Counted from the first letter of the stretch, positions 23,900 to 38,998 are shown. The stretch: 64,000 nt of DNA from Octopus sinensis (GCF_006345805.1 NC_043003.1:41664001-41728000); one strand, 5' to 3'. Numbers and translations: made by a program. Notes: generated by a model from the sequence alone, not told the origin.

Positions 23900-26800
23900 C
23901 AGAATAAGATTCACAAGGGCGAAATTTGTATGAAAGTGGAATGAAAAGCTTTTAGAAAAACTTTCAGCTAAATTTGTGATTCAATGATATTATTACATGG
24001 AATTTTCTAGGAATGGTTCAACAAATATATATATTTAGGTATAAGCTAGAAATATTATGAATATCGAAGCTTATTGCAGACACGGCAAAAGCTACAGTGA
24101 TTCAAGAGGAAACGAAATATATTCAGATGCACAGAGTATTTTTGAAGAATGGAATACTTGGAGAATCGCATGCACACGAAAACAAAAGTTATCTGGAATA
24201 GACAATTAAATAAAAAAAAGAAAGCGTGCTGGAATGTACTTAGGAATGAAAAGATGGCAGATACATACGAGAAAATGAAAAGGCTGACAGCAAGTTATTT
24301 TCCACGCAAATGCCACATCACGGAAATAAGATAAAAACGAGAAAACTAAAATTAGAATAACCTTTGTACTTTAGAAATCTCAAGCGGAAAACAATCTACT
24401 GTGATTCTGAGCACATAAATTCAAAACTAAATTTGAGAAACATGACGGTAAGTTGCAGGAAGAAATAATTAAACGGACAAATACAAAGACACGGGAACAA
24501 TTTTTTACTTAAACAAAGAGATGAAAGAAAGTCGAATATGTTATAATAATACAATAACTTGTTGCTATAGGGGTATAAAAATAATTAACCAATATGAAGT
24601 AATAAAGATTGATGATAAAATACCAAAAAGCTCTCTGAAGAACTTTAAACTTGACACTCATTGATAGAATCGATACGCTTCTTGAAAGAGTCCAAGAGGC
24701 AAAATAAACTGGGACCAAACGTCAGACAATTATTAACCGTTCAGATGCAGCCGTTCTCAGAAACTGACGGTGATCCAATGATTTATTGCCATTTGTGCGA
24801 GTTGTGCCCATGTCCTTAAGTAAGAACAAATTTTGAAGCAATAATTATAGAAGAGCAAACCAGAATAAACCCACTAAACTAATAAGCTGGTATATTTCAG
24901 AAATTCACAAACAAAGGGAACATGGTATGATATTGTTCCTAGATACACCAGCAACTGAGAACATTCTTTCTGTTATACTAAAACGGCAAGCCAACAGTTT
25001 CAAGTAAAACGGATGGAGACATACACTATTCAAAAAATCAAAATTTTACTGAATTGTTTCAAACGTAGAAAAAAACAAACACCAGCTTATTCTATTGAAC
25101 TTGTAGCATTCGCCCCAGCAGCGAAATCCGATACAATGGTCTGATACTGAGAAATTGTTTTACATAAAACTGAAAGACGGAATTTTTTAAAAAACAAAAT
25201 TTGCAAAGACTTGTTAGATATGAAAATTAAAATCACGATTTAAACCTTAGATTTAAAAATGTATAACATGGCTAAATAGATCAACAGCTTAGACACTCGA
25301 GCAAATTATATAAAATCAAATATTGAGAAGTGTAAAAGAACATTGGAATATCTACAGAAAGATTCCTGAAAAAGTAATAAAGAAAGATATACTGAATAAT
25401 GAACGAGACGTATTATAGACAAATGGCTTTCATGAAGGGTATTATAAAAAGGAATAATAAAATGGTAATAAAACAGCAGAACCAATAGTTATCGAAATAC
25501 AGTGATTAACAGCAATTTCAATGATATATTGTAGGATTATTTAAATCTAACACTATAAGATTTGAGGAATGCGGGTGGATGGCTTAGTGGTTGGGGCAAT
25601 GGTTGCAATTTTAGACCGAGCGGCGCGTTCTGTTCTTGATCAACACACCTCATCGCACGTTGCTCTGCGATTACTTCAGCACCTGATGCGTGGTACACTT
25701 CAGACCTTTTCAGGCAACGTGGATCTGATGGAGTGAGTGAGCTAATAATTTCTTTATTGCTCACAAGGGGCTAAATATAGAGGGGACGGTACAAGGACAG
25801 ACAAAGAGAATACACGTGGGGACATATGAAAAAAAAACATGAATGAAATGAAATATGCAAATGAGGATGAACGCTACTGCTTGGGCGCCATCCTCGAGCA
25901 ATCATGTTATTACTATTCAACTATCTGAGTTAAGAAAATTTAAACATACTATTTAAAACAAGACCGTCATTCATCCTACAAGAAGATCCCCAAACCGTCA
26001 GATTAGAAATTACCTCAATTTTGAAGGTATGGAATCAAGTATTCAGTTTATATTGAAAACATGCAAATTGCTTCTTTGTTTCATTAGAGAATATATGGAT
26101 ATTATACATCACATTGTAGTAAATTTCTATACAATTATCACGCGTGAATCAAGGCGATATTAGGAGGGAATCAAGATATGTAAATAGAAACAAATGATTT
26201 AGGAAAGATTACCCGCCAAGATCCTTGTAGAAGAGATGCAATTGGTGATAGAATAGAACTATCTCACTCTTGGCAATGAATGTTAATTACAAATGTAAAG
26301 CATTGCCATTCTAACAGGTTCGCCCCGTGATATTTCAATTAACGTTTGAAAATTTTCACTTATCGTTGAGAAAGTAGGGTTGACTATGGGAAGAGTACAT
26401 TTTACGCAGATTATTTAATATATGATCGGAATATATATCACGGTGAATGTTATAAATTTTGGAATAGAAACGTACAGAAATTACAAGATTTCATGACCTA
26501 ACCTATAGCATTTCCGAGTCGCTCAAATTAACAGCAAAAATGAAGTGGAACATTTACTTTTTCTTAATATTCTACTAATTAACGAAAATTAGGCTATTAC
26601 TACTAATCTATCCCTACCTCAATGAAGCAAGTACAAAACAATTCTATGTGCTTTTAGATCGTATCAATAATCAGATATGATATCTCGCTTAATACAGAAA
26701 GATACTTAGTTACAATAGCTATAAATTCAGTTGCAGAAAACTTGTGGTTAGAAGAACTTAAAATATTCCTTCAAAAATTAAGATAAAGGAAAATTCTTAA

Positions 26801-27500
26801 CAATCCAAAACAAATCCCAAATGCTTAATTAAGAAGAAATTTTAACACAAATGTAATTATTTTGCTAATAGCTACTTATATTCTCAGAAATCATGTTTTC
26901 GGTATCACTAAACAATATTATCCAGCTCTACTAAAACCAAATCTGGGGAAAACTATAAAAGAGTCACAGAATATTAATTTTAACTAACTGCTAACTAATT
27001 TTAAATGTTTTTAATAAAGCCATAATGACATCAGAAGAAAAAAATTATTAGAGAAGTGGCCTATTTAGTTTCATTGAAGACCACAGAATTATAAAATGTA
27101 TAAGAGATCAAATTTATTGGAAATAAGAATTGCATATCAAGAAGATTCATTTTTATTGCCTAATCGTGATAAGTTACAATTACAGAAAATTTGGAGCCAT
27201 CTACTCGGTAAACAACATTGAGTAAATATATCCTGCTCTTTATCCATATATGAAACTTAAAATATTCCCATTTTCAAAACAAACGAATAAAGTGAAAAAT
27301 TATTAAAAAAAGATCAATGCGAAAATATTTATAAAAGTTAATTAAATTAATTGATATACATAAAGGAATTTTTAAAAAATATATCAAAGACAAAAATTTC
27401 GATCAAATACATTCTCCATGATATTGTGAGTGAAATATTGCGTTGTATATCGAATGTTATACTTTTGTAATTCAAAAACTAGAGATAACTATGTAATATC
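23900..27500 (+). mobile_element. Very decayed L1/Tx1-like LINE ORF2 remnant (tentative)
   Basis: Collinear degenerate motifs: SRAKF-like (~23910), NKxPGP-like (~24700), AFAPGxxIRYN..LILRN (~25105), INGNKT..I (~25460). No long ORF; interrupted by a SINE. Confidence 0.4.
25572..25810 (+). mobile_element. Decayed tRNA-derived SINE plus an adjacent opposite-strand SINE tail
   Basis: ggatggcttagtggttggggca (A-box-like head). 25745-25810 is the reverse complement of the tail at 12345-12400. Confidence 0.6.
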
Positions 27501-28412
27501 TAATATAGAATGGAGTCAAAGAAACCAATAAGTCTTAAATATGCAACCGAAGATGTGTGGAGACAAAATACACAGGATTAGTATCTGCTCAAAATATGTC
27601 GCCCACTATGGCACACGCTGTTGCTAAAAAGATACACAACGTCAGTTCGAAAGATTATCCTACGATGAAAATAGATAATGAAATCTGTTACTGACATACA
27701 CATCAACACAATGAATATTGAAGAAAATTTCTATCAAAATTTCTGCCAAATGCAAACGTATGAGCATTGATGGAGTTGATGGAGACAGGGAATAAAAATT
27801 CAGAGTCGCAAAGGTCAGCTGAACAGTGGATGTGAACATTTCTTACAAAATAAGAGAGAAAGGGAAAATTTATGGAGTATTACTCGGACGACTTCTCCAC
27901 CCTGATTATAAATTCACATTTACAATAATAATTGCTTGTGCACGTGAGTATGTTAGTACATGTCTAAGTAACAAGCTGGAAAAGCTAGGACGCTAACGCA
28001 AACAAAATTACCAGCTAGCACGCACCTTACGAATAAAATCTGCAAGTGGAACTAGGAAAAAAATGCAAGAATTTTCTAACATTCAGTATGGTTATTCGTG
28101 GTTATTATTCGAATTCCAGCGATGCGGCTTTCCAACTTGTTGGAAGAATTCGAATAATTATAAGAAGAAATAGGAAATAAAGACCAGCACATACAAACAC
28201 TCACAATACCTACAATCATAAATGTGCCTACATATAAAAACATAAGCATACACATATAGGCATGGCCTTAAATTCATAAATATATATATATACATATGTC
28301 TGTGTGTAATGCATGTAAATGTGTACGCGTATATGCATAGATATCCATACATATGTACACTCACACTCACATACACATATTTTCATTCATACATGCTTAC
28401 ATATATAGGCAC

Positions 28413-28460
<48 letters not shown>

Positions 28461-28689
28461 TATATGATGCAAGGGAGTTATTCATTGCATCAAATGCTTG
28501 GCATAGCGACCATAAAGTTGTAGCTAATGTAGATTACGGACGGAAACGCCGCCTTTATGGCATCAAGCATTCTACGTTGATGGACGGAAATCTCTGGGAG
28601 AGATGGGGGTGAGACATACTTCATCATATATGATGTCACCAAGTCTGAAATCTCATTGGGCTATTATACTTGCAACGGAGAGAACGCTA

Positions 28690-29430
<741 letters not shown>

Positions 29431-30292
29431 TTGTGTATGTATGTGAGAGAGAGAGAGTGCGTGTGTTTGTAGGAATGCTGGTATGTATCTCTGTAGGTAC
29501 ATGTAGTAATGCATGTGTGTTATTACATGGGGATCTATATACGTATTTAGAAATATATACTATGAACGTAATCCAAAGCGTGAGTAAAAAATAAAACGAA
29601 AAAGTGTAATATGGACATATGAATGGGGGCGGGTAGGAGAGATGTATTTTGAGAGACACAAGCTAAGAATTCAAATAAAGTGGGCGCTAGGTATTAGAGA
29701 ATGGGAATAGTACTTGATGCGTGACGGATGCGCAAAAAACCTTATTGTGAGATAATAATCACGCATGCATTTTAAAATTTGCCTATGCATATATGCATAT
29801 ACATATATGAATACATAAATGCATATATGTGTGTGTTAGTGCGTGTGGTAACATTCATGCACTTAAATTTCCATATGTACAGTTTTCTGTTCTCGAAAAT
29901 AAAGGCGCGTAGTGTCTATAAACATGGCGTAGTTACGTCGGTTATATAATATTATATAGTCATATGTTCAAAGGAGAGATTTTCCTTTGTCGCTACGCTG
30001 TATTAAACGTTATTCTGTGACGAAAGGAAACGCGAATTTCAAATAGCGATGAACGGAAGCCTATGATTCGTTTAAATGAATGAAGACTTTATTGCATATA
30101 TTCATTCGATTTTTATCACTTTTACAAATTTAGTCACACACACGCATGGAAATTATTATGTGGGTGTGAGTGGGTAGAGTAGTAAATAGATGCGCATGAA
30201 GTTATGTAGTACAATATTCGGTAATTTTACAGAAATATTCTATAGCTTAGAATGCACAATGACTCAAACTGTACTTGGTGCTGTGATCATAT

Positions 30293-30336
<44 letters not shown>

Positions 30337-30989
30337 GGAAAAAAGTATAAACGGGTATCTATATATGAAATATTTACCCCATGTTTCCTAGCGACGTATG
30401 TAAATGCTTCCGTATCACAAATCGTTAACTAAGGGTTCAAAGCAGGTTTTAAACCTTCAAAAATAGTATAATAGCAATTGTTGACATTTTGGGTGATAGG
30501 TACATTGGTATTTACTTGATTACTCACTCACACACACACACACACGCACACACATACACGCAAACACGCACACACACACACTCACACACACACTAGCGCG
30601 CATATATTTAAAGGGTGGAGAAATATAAAGTGAGAAAATGCTTGATAGATATATATATTAAAACATCGCAATCTAGTGGATTTCGCACGTAGGGGATGAT
30701 TATAAAGAATGTATTGTATTCCATATTGGATAACTTTTGCACATGAAGTTATTTTTTCCTGCCTTTCTAAGACAGGTGTTATTTAAATGTAATTTATAAA
30801 CGTGAACACTACAATCCTTTATTCATTTATCATTTTATTATTTTTTATCGATCTATATACCTATCCCTCCAGGTTTTAACAATTGTTACCATTATATTTT
30901 GGAATATGCATAAAAGCACTTTGAACACCAGTTGACGATTTGAGGTAGTAAATAGTGGTAGAAACCGTAGGGTAAATATCTGATGTTTT

Positions 30990-31026
30990 ATATCTTCTCT
31001 CTCTTACTGCATATATATATATATAT

Positions 31027-31063
<37 letters not shown>

Positions 31064-31144
31064 GTATATACATACATATATATATACATATATGTATACA
31101 TATGTATATTTTATGTATATTTTATGTATATGTATATTTACGTG

Positions 31145-31213
<69 letters not shown>

Positions 31214-31325
31214 TATATTTATGTATATGTGTGTAATGTATTTATGTAATATATATTTATGTATATGTGTGTAATGTATATATGCATGCGTATATATATA
31301 TATATATATATTTATAGATATATGA
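30990..31325. repeat. Degenerate (TA)/(TATG) microsatellite field
   Basis: Direct inspection. Confidence 0.9.
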
Positions 31326-31399
31326 ATGTGTATTTTTTCAGTGTTTACGAATAATAAGGACAAATTATTAAATAGTAAACAGGGCTGCAAAAATGCACA

Positions 31400-31555
31400 T
31401 ACTCTTTTACTCTTTTACTCTTTTACTTGTTTCAGTCATTTGACTGTGGCCATGCTGGAGCACCGCCTTTAGTCGAGCAAATCGACCCTGGAACTTATTC
31501 TTTTGTAAGCCCAGTACTTCTTCTATCGGTCTCTTTTTGCCGAACCGCTAAGTGA
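31400..31555 (-). mobile_element. SINE 3' portion with (TACTCTTT)n tail
   Basis: tactcttttactcttttactcttttacttgtttcagtcatttgactgtggccatgctggagcaccgcc is the reverse complement of the tail at 54925-54990. Confidence 0.8.
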
Positions 31556-31696
31556 CATGTGTCAAAGATATTAAAACCTAAATTCCAGGGTTAAGTGAAA
31601 TGTTTTTATATAACATGGATAAATTAAGAAATGGAGTCAAATTCAGGTGTTATTCAAAACATTTATACTTCCAACACGCACAAACACACACACACA

Positions 31697-31744
<48 letters not shown>

Positions 31745-31989
31745 GTATCAATATAAACACACACACACTCACACATACACACACACACACGCATATATAT
31801 ATATATATATAATCTATAAAATGTCACGAGGTATGAGTTATGAATATATTTAATTGATGGACATATATTTCTTTGACGTCCTTAGGATTATGGCCGTTAC
31901 GTAGACTTTTTCATGTAATAATAAGTTAATATATCTCTCATAACTTCCGACTACTTACGATCTAACTTCCACACGAAGCAATTTCAGTG

Positions 31990-32425
31990 GTCACTGGATT
32001 TCAGCTGCGGAGACATTGCGCATTACATTGCTCTGTATTGGATTGTGATGTTGTCTGGGAGCCGAGTCCGTGTGTGTGTGTGCGTGTGTATACACTGCTG
32101 AGAACCGTTCCGTCAATAATGACCATGAGATTGCACCTAGAAATTTACCCTCCGAGGCACAAGTCCGGGCAAGTATGATTATGGAAGAGCAGCAGTCGCC
32201 CATGCATACCGGCCTCCCCTCTCCACGCCACCAGTTTTATCCAAGGGAAAGGAGAAGGCCGATACTGCTTGGCGCTTGTGACATCGTAACTCATTTCTAC
32301 AGGTGAGTGAAGTGGCGCAACGTGAAATAAAGTGTCTTGCTCAAGAAAACAATACCCAGCCCGATCTGGATTCGAACTCACAAGCTCGCAATCGTAAGCT
32401 AGACGCTCTAACCACTGAGCCATAT
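31990..32425 (-). mobile_element. tRNA-derived SINE
   Basis: Minus head ATGGCTCAGTGGTTAGAGCG...GAGTTCGAATCC (A and B boxes), then ttcttgagcaagacacttta body. No CCA or T-arm closure, so not a tRNA gene. Confidence 0.85.
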
Positions 32426-32487
32426 GCATACATAAACACACACCGCTGAGAAAATGAGACAATTATTACGATTAAATACATATATAC

Positions 32488-32521
<34 letters not shown>

Positions 32522-32560
32522 TCTCTCTCTACATATATATGTATATACGTATACATATGT

Positions 32561-32860
32561 ATAACTAGAAGAGATATCTAGATGACTACTTCATTATTTG
32601 GCATGAAATAATAGAGAGACTTAAAGAATTTCAAGCACACATAAATGGACTCGACATAAACATTCATTTTACGATGGAATATAGCCATGATATTCTTCCT
32701 CCGTCTTCCCTTCTTCGGATATTTCCTCTGTTGCAAAGAAGAGCGTCTGCTCGAAACGTTAAATTCTCTTCCTTTCTTTCCCTGAACGTCTACCAATACC
32801 TTACATGCACCATGCCCTTGCGTTTTTGTATGTTTTGTGTCTGTTCTTCTTTTTGGGGAT
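32561..32860 (+). mobile_element. Penelope-like fragment: RT palm piece fused to a pseudo-LTR with a decayed hammerhead
   Basis: 32561-32688 encodes (W)KRYLDDY...INGLDINIHFTMEYSH. 32730-32765 reads caaagaa GAGC GTCT GCTC GAAAC GTT AAAT (core decayed). Confidence 0.75.
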
Positions 32861-32865
32861 TTATG

Positions 32866-32903
<38 letters not shown>

Positions 32904-32906
32904 ATA

Positions 32907-33272
32907 TCTCTATATAAACGGCAGTTTGTCTGTGCGTTTTCTGTGTGTCTGTTTTCTCGTACCCTCACTCTAACCACGGCTTTCAACCGATTCTGATGAA
33001 ACTTGACACACACATAGCCCAATGTCATAATTCAAAACTAACGCAGCGAAAATTTTGAAAAGTTCCCCCAGTTCTGAAAAAATCGATAAATTCGACATGG
33101 GGTCGAGAATCAGAAACCCAAACCACAGACCGTCTAGGGGACGCAACTCCACCTGTTTTAACTTTACCATAATTTTTTTTCCATTTTTTTGCTATTTTTT
33201 CGCTATAACTCTCTAAAAATGCTTCATAGTTATTTCCCTTACAAACCTGAGCAACGCCGGGCGATACTGCTA

Positions 33273-33273
<1 letters not shown>
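32907..33273 (+). mobile_element. Non-autonomous Helitron
   Basis: 5' TC start, 3' CTAG end, GC-rich hairpin cctgagcaacgccggg just upstream of the end, inserted between A and T within (TA)n. Confidence 0.8.
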
Positions 33274-33309
<36 letters not shown>

Positions 33310-34269
33310 CATGAGTATATGTGTACAGGTAGTGTATGAAGGTAATGTATCATATTTATGAAAACTACATACATATGCATATATACATGCATAAAAATAC
33401 ACGCATACTCACGCATACACATAGACAAATATATATGTTTCTTCTTAGTTACTGGGTGTACATTAATGTTGAAATGACGGAAAGTCATGCTTTGCACTTA
33501 AAGTCATAACTGGAATATACATTTCTATGCTGTGACCTAGTGCAAAGAAACGTAAATATGCAAGCATTGGCATTTTTCTCTACTGAACTGCAACCGTCAT
33601 TCAATATTTTCAAATCTAATGAGCAAAATGAAGCGTTATTGTTGAATTTTACAAAGAATGTATATATATATATACAGAGAGAGAGGAAAAGATAACGTAA
33701 ACGGAAAAATAAGGTGATAGAGTAATGGTAGTGATATGATAGTTATATACACATTTACATAGCGTGGATTTAGATAAAACGAGATATAGCACCGTGCCAT
33801 ACGTACGGAATGAGAAAACGCAAAATGGATTCAGGTGTAAAGAAGTAAAGAAGAAGAGAAGGATAAAGAGAAGGGAGGAAAGAGAGACAGAAGGAATGAA
33901 AAATTGAGTGGATTCAGCGATATATTTATGGACGTATCAATAGAAAATGAAACGTATGTAGTCATGAAATATCGCGTTGAAAGACGATGTAAATGAATGA
34001 AAATTTACTCAGTGGGATGACTATAAAGCGAGCGAATAAATGCAAAATACCTCTTAATAGTCAGGAAAAAAAACTTATGCATTTATGCACACACACACAT
34101 TGACACAGACACATACACATACTCCAGCATGCACACTCACATACGCCTGCATACACTCACGTTCGCACGTGCATTTGTGTGCGAATGTGTTGTGAGTGTA
34201 TATAGATATTAACATACATGTATAAAATCGTACGCGCGCACACTAGCACACACAGAGGCATATATATAT

Positions 34270-34301
<32 letters not shown>

Positions 34302-34528
34302 ATATATAAAAGGATAATGGAACAAGTAGAAATGTTAAAATAATTTTACCAAGAAGAACATTTTAGTAACGGTTTGAGTCTTTGCGCCTTTTTCAACTGA
34401 GGGTAAAGCATGAAAAACAGCTAAATTGCGGAAAAATTAAATGAAATACTTTGTTTAATATTTCCATAGTTTTCGTATACATGAGACATTTTCCTTTTAC
34501 TCTCTGTCTCTCAGTATCTCTCTCTCAG

Positions 34529-34572
<44 letters not shown>

Positions 34573-34599
34573 TTTTGTGAATGCACGGGGGGTAGTAGC

Positions 34600-35553
34600 A
34601 GATCTAAAGAGATATTTAATATGAGTGATGAGGGTTCTTGGTTTTGATTGTTAAGCAGCAGTAGCTGAGGAAGAAGGCGGTGAAGAAGAAGAGGAGGAAA
34701 AAGAAGGGAAAGAACAAGAATAGGGCGAGAGTTGTATGACAGTAATAGATTGTTGGTGGAGTCTCTCAAATGGTCAAATGACCTAAAAGAGCCCTGTTAT
34801 GGTTTTAGTAGTAATGATTAGAATTCCTCTGAATAAATTCATAGGTAGTGACTGTTCTGAATATATCGTTTCAATATTTGCGTGGGTATTATTCTAAAGC
34901 CCTGTGGAAGAATTCAAAAGTGGTTAATAATGTGTGATAAAATATGATTCTTTGCTAATGCGCTGATTATAGGTTATACACACACAATTTTGAATTTGGG
35001 TTGTACTTTAGTGGCGCAAATGTCAATGTGTTCGCTGAATGCTATTTTTATGTATTAAACAAATTTAATATGGGATCTATTCTAGGGTCATCCTTTGGCG
35101 TAGACTGTTCTGGTTTGGCCTATGTAATGCTATTGACACCCTAAGCATGTTAATACATATATTAGGTTTTTCGAAGAATATGAGTTGTTTTTCATTGTAA
35201 AACTGTGACCTTGTTTAGAGGAGGACTCCATACTCTCAATTACGTTTGTATTAGAAAAATTGGTACACATCCTTTTGCTAAGTTGAAGGGAAAATTCATT
35301 CTAATTGGGGTAGATATAGCATGAGTTGAACGGTAGATATTGCTTGGACTTCGTGGACTTATAGTATATATCTGTTTCCATTTTGTTGCTGGATTTATTT
35401 ATGAGGATGTCAACAATGGGAGTTGTTGATGGCTATATTCCATCGTAAAATGAATGTTTATGTCGAGTCCATTTATGAGTGCTTGAAATTCTTCAAGTCT
35501 CTCTATACTTTCATGCTAAAGAATGTAGTCATCCAGATATCTCTTCCAGTTAT
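34600..35553 (-). mobile_element. Penelope-like element remnant (RT C-terminus plus GIY-YIG endonuclease)
   Basis: Minus strand: WKRYLDDY...FTMEYSHQQLPIVDILI...ETDIYYKSTKSKQYLPFNSC...FPFNLA, then IYVLTCLGCQ*HYIGQT...SEHIDICA...PKFKI. Left boundary is approximate. Confidence 0.85.
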
Positions 35554-35567
35554 TTTATATATATATA

Positions 35568-35871
35568 TCACGTGATCACGTGACCGACCAGACCATCAGA
35601 CGTTGTTACACATCGCTGGTCACAATGCGTTCGCATTGTTTTAGCCTTCGAATGACGCCACCCCGCTGGCTAAGCGAGCAGGCCAACAGAAGAAAGAGTG
35701 GGAGAAAGAGTGGTAAAATAGTACAGCAGGGATCACCACCCCCTGCCGGAGCGTCGTGGAGCTTTTAGGTGTTTTCGCTCAATAAACACTCACAATGCCT
35801 GGTCTGGGAATGGAAACCGCGATCCTACGACCGCGAGTCCGCTGCCCTAACCACTGGGCCATTGCGCCTCC
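35568..35871 (-). mobile_element. tRNA-derived SINE, well preserved
   Basis: Minus head GGAGGCGCAATGGCCCAGTGGTTAGGGC...GGTTTCCATTCCC; ends in the palindrome TCACGTGATCACGTGA. Confidence 0.85.
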
Positions 35872-35874
35872 ACA

Positions 35875-35973
<99 letters not shown>

Positions 35974-36750
35974 GTATTTAATGGTAATAATTGTTTCATT
36001 TTCTCAGCGGTGTGTGTTTATGTATTTATGTATGTATGTGTGTGTTCATAGATATACACACACATATAAACAGCTACGTGATTTGCTGGTTCAATCGATT
36101 AAAATACAGTGGGAGAGGAGGAGAGTAAAAAGAAGTGAGAAAGTGTGAGTGAGAGAAAGATAGACAGACAGAGTGACACACACAGAAAGAGGGAGATAGA
36201 TTGTGCACTTACATTTGAAGATAGAAACGCTCAGAAACGCAGTTGTTGATTATTCTTAAACTGAGTTTTATGGAAAAAAATATATGCAGTTTTGAACAAG
36301 CGAGATGAATTAGAGGGAGAATAGAGAAGCCTAAGTGTACCAAAATGTGTAGGCGATGCTTATATTTGGCTATACATTGGTAAATAGAAGCACAGAAAGA
36401 ATAAATAGGTAGATAGTTAATATATATGTATATATATATTAGATGGAGTTGACGGTAGATAAATAGTGATTAAGTGACATAAACAAAGAAAAATAAAGTA
36501 ACATATAATAGATTTCATCAAAATGTATGTTTAACATAAATGCTTGTAGGGGATGAAACGCGGCATTAGTCCTGAGAGATCTCGTTCTGTTTCAGTCTCA
36601 CTTTCTCATGAAAGATAAAATTTTTCGCTATTAGCATTCTATCTAAATATTCGTTACTACTTACCCCTCAACTACACAAGTATATGCAACATACACACAG
36701 ACACACACACACACACACGCACTTACATAATCTTGCACATGCACACTCAT

Positions 36751-36846
<96 letters not shown>

Positions 36847-36859
36847 ATACACGGAATGT

Positions 36860-37070
36860 TGAACTGTTCTTGGCTTTAACGGTATCGCAACAGGCCTAGC
36901 TGGAGGCCGAACTATCCGAGTTGTCTTAAAGGGCTTCGTGAAACTGAAGGAGCGTTGCAATGAGTGTGTCAATCAGTGAGGAAAATATGTTGAATAAAAT
37001 CATGATTAACTGCTCCTCCTCTATTTTCTTTTATCCAAAGCCAGGAACTTTGCAGTGTCGCATCGTATAT
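36860..37070 (+). mobile_element. Mariner 3'-end remnant
   Basis: aagggcttcgtgaaactgaaggagcgttgcaatgagtgtgtc...tatgttgaataa (KGFVKLKERCNECV...YVE*), then a TIR-like aagccaggaactttgcagtg. Confidence 0.6.
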
Positions 37071-37399
37071 ATGTATGTTCACACTGACATGCACACACAC
37101 ACACACATTTTAACCAAACAAACGTTTTCAGTGTTTTTACATCAGAACTGACTCTCATGAAAATAGTTGGAACTTATTTCTCTGGGTATATATTAAAAGC
37201 ATGATTAAAACTTCCTAAAACTTTAAAATAGGAGTTCATTAGATGTGCATATCATCTGGATTAATCTAAGCAACTAGTGTCCTAATATAACACAGCGAGG
37301 GGCAACCACATTAATTTTCAGGCTGAAAAGAGAATACTTAAAGACTAAAGAAAAATAAATGCATATAAGAATATATACACTGTTATCCATTATACTAAT

Positions 37400-37590
37400 A
37401 GGTACAAGGTTAGACGATGTGTCGAGTTTGCTAGTCGGTTGCATCGATCCGATGCTCAACTGGTGATTATTTTATTGTCCGGAAAGGACGAAAACAAAAA
37501 TCGATGGAATTTCGACTGGGAACGGAAAGCCGGGGAAAAATGCCGCTAAGCTTTTTGTCAGGAGTGCTAAGGTGCCTACCAGTTCACCTT
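37400..37590 (-). mobile_element. Decayed SINE (12172 family)
   Basis: cgatggaatttcgactgggaacg...aatgccgctaagc...gtgctaag matches the reverse complement of the head. Confidence 0.6.
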
Positions 37591-38977
37591 CTTTCATTAG
37601 AATGAAATGGGTAATTTCAGCGTCAAATTTGGCTAACTAATAGTGTGCATTCTTTACCAAATATTACAATCTCTTTGAAAAGCATACATATTTTCTCCTA
37701 GCTGACTTAAAACACAATACATAAATGCATACAAACATACGTACATACATGCATACATACGTACGTACGTACGTATGTCAGGTCAGTGTTGGGCGCTACT
37801 GGTTTATTGTAACCCGGTACAATCTGTTGCATGGTCGGGTCTTCGGCAATTAAATTGGCATCCACACCAGGCTTGCTTGGTGAGGAGAATGATTGTTGGA
37901 CACCCTCTGCAGGACGAAAAATAAAACCTGTTAAAGGGTGAAAGAGCTCATCAGCAGCCAAAGGCTATCCAACAATACCTGTACAAGTGTATGTATGCAT
38001 GTTTGTATCCGCAGGGACGTGCATATACCTGAGTTGGTGTCCAGGATCAAGGTTATCCCACTGGGAGTGGTAGGCCCCTCTGTTGTAGTTACAACATCTC
38101 TCTAGGAGAGGGAAACTGTGAGAGAAAACGATCTACACTGAAAATATTCGATAACGTAGATTAGTTCTTCTTTTGGGGTTTATGCTGTCCAAGTTCAGAG
38201 AGTAGGATTGGATTTGTGCAAATCTTTTCCACACTACGAAATATCAGCATGCACAGGCACTCCAAGCCACCCTATAGCAAGCCGGGCAGCAACCTGGTCT
38301 TTCTGAGTTCTCGTGCTATCGCTAGGTAGTCAATGAACCTATGATGGGTACATCCGTCTTCTTAACAGGTGTTACTTTTAGTGCTGCATGGTTTCTACCA
38401 TATATGTGTATACATACGCACTAATATATATATATACGCATATATGTGTGTGTATGTGTGTGTGTGAGTGCTTGTGTGTGTATTAATTTCAGTACTTAAG
38501 TATTTAAGCGACGATTGTTTTTATATGCGCTTCTTGAGAATGCTAAGTATAATTAAGCACAATAGTATTCTTAACATTTTCATTGATAGTGAGGAGGAAC
38601 AATAACAGACACTAGATAATATATGACCAGTGCACTGTGTTGTATTGGCACGAACATCCTAACCACTGTACCCTATCATAGCGCTTGACCAATTTATGAA
38701 TTGTTGAAAGTGAAATACATTGGTTTAAATGTCAAATAATATCGGAGGCATATTTCAGACAATAAAGTACACAAAATAAAACAAGGACTAATCTTTATTG
38801 ATATTGTACGCTAATTGATGTTAGTTAAGTGAAATGATACAGTAAAGAATAGACCGCTGTTCTGAAAATTGCAACAAATTACAAGTATATAAAATTTCTA
38901 TTGAAACAATTAAATGGTGTACAATCAAACATTATTTTCTGGTAACTAATGTTGCTAATTTTGCATTTTCGCAACAG

Positions 38978-38998
38978 ACCGGGCGTACTGAAGCAAAC
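38978..38998 (+). other. Candidate 21-nt frame-preserving microexon
   Basis: actaat...gctaattttgcattttcgcaacag|ACCGGGCGTACTGAAGCAAAC|gtatga, inside a ~1.7-kb repeat-free stretch. Confidence 0.25.

Noticed and set aside
28104-28158. 13-bp inverted repeat enclosing a 7-bp hairpin
   Set aside because: AT-rich and within chance expectation for 64 kb; no other support.
31990-35871. tRNA-like sequences at 32423 and 35871 (minus) as tRNA genes
   Set aside because: A/B boxes are present but there is no closing acceptor stem or terminator, and each continues into a repeated SINE body.
37707-38400. Possible RTE 5' UTR with an HDV-like ribozyme (minus: gcacgtccctgcgg ... gctga) and an 84-aa ORF
   Set aside because: I could not build the nested double pseudoknot (no convincing P1/P2), a CATA microsatellite interrupts it, and the ORF has no recognisable motif.
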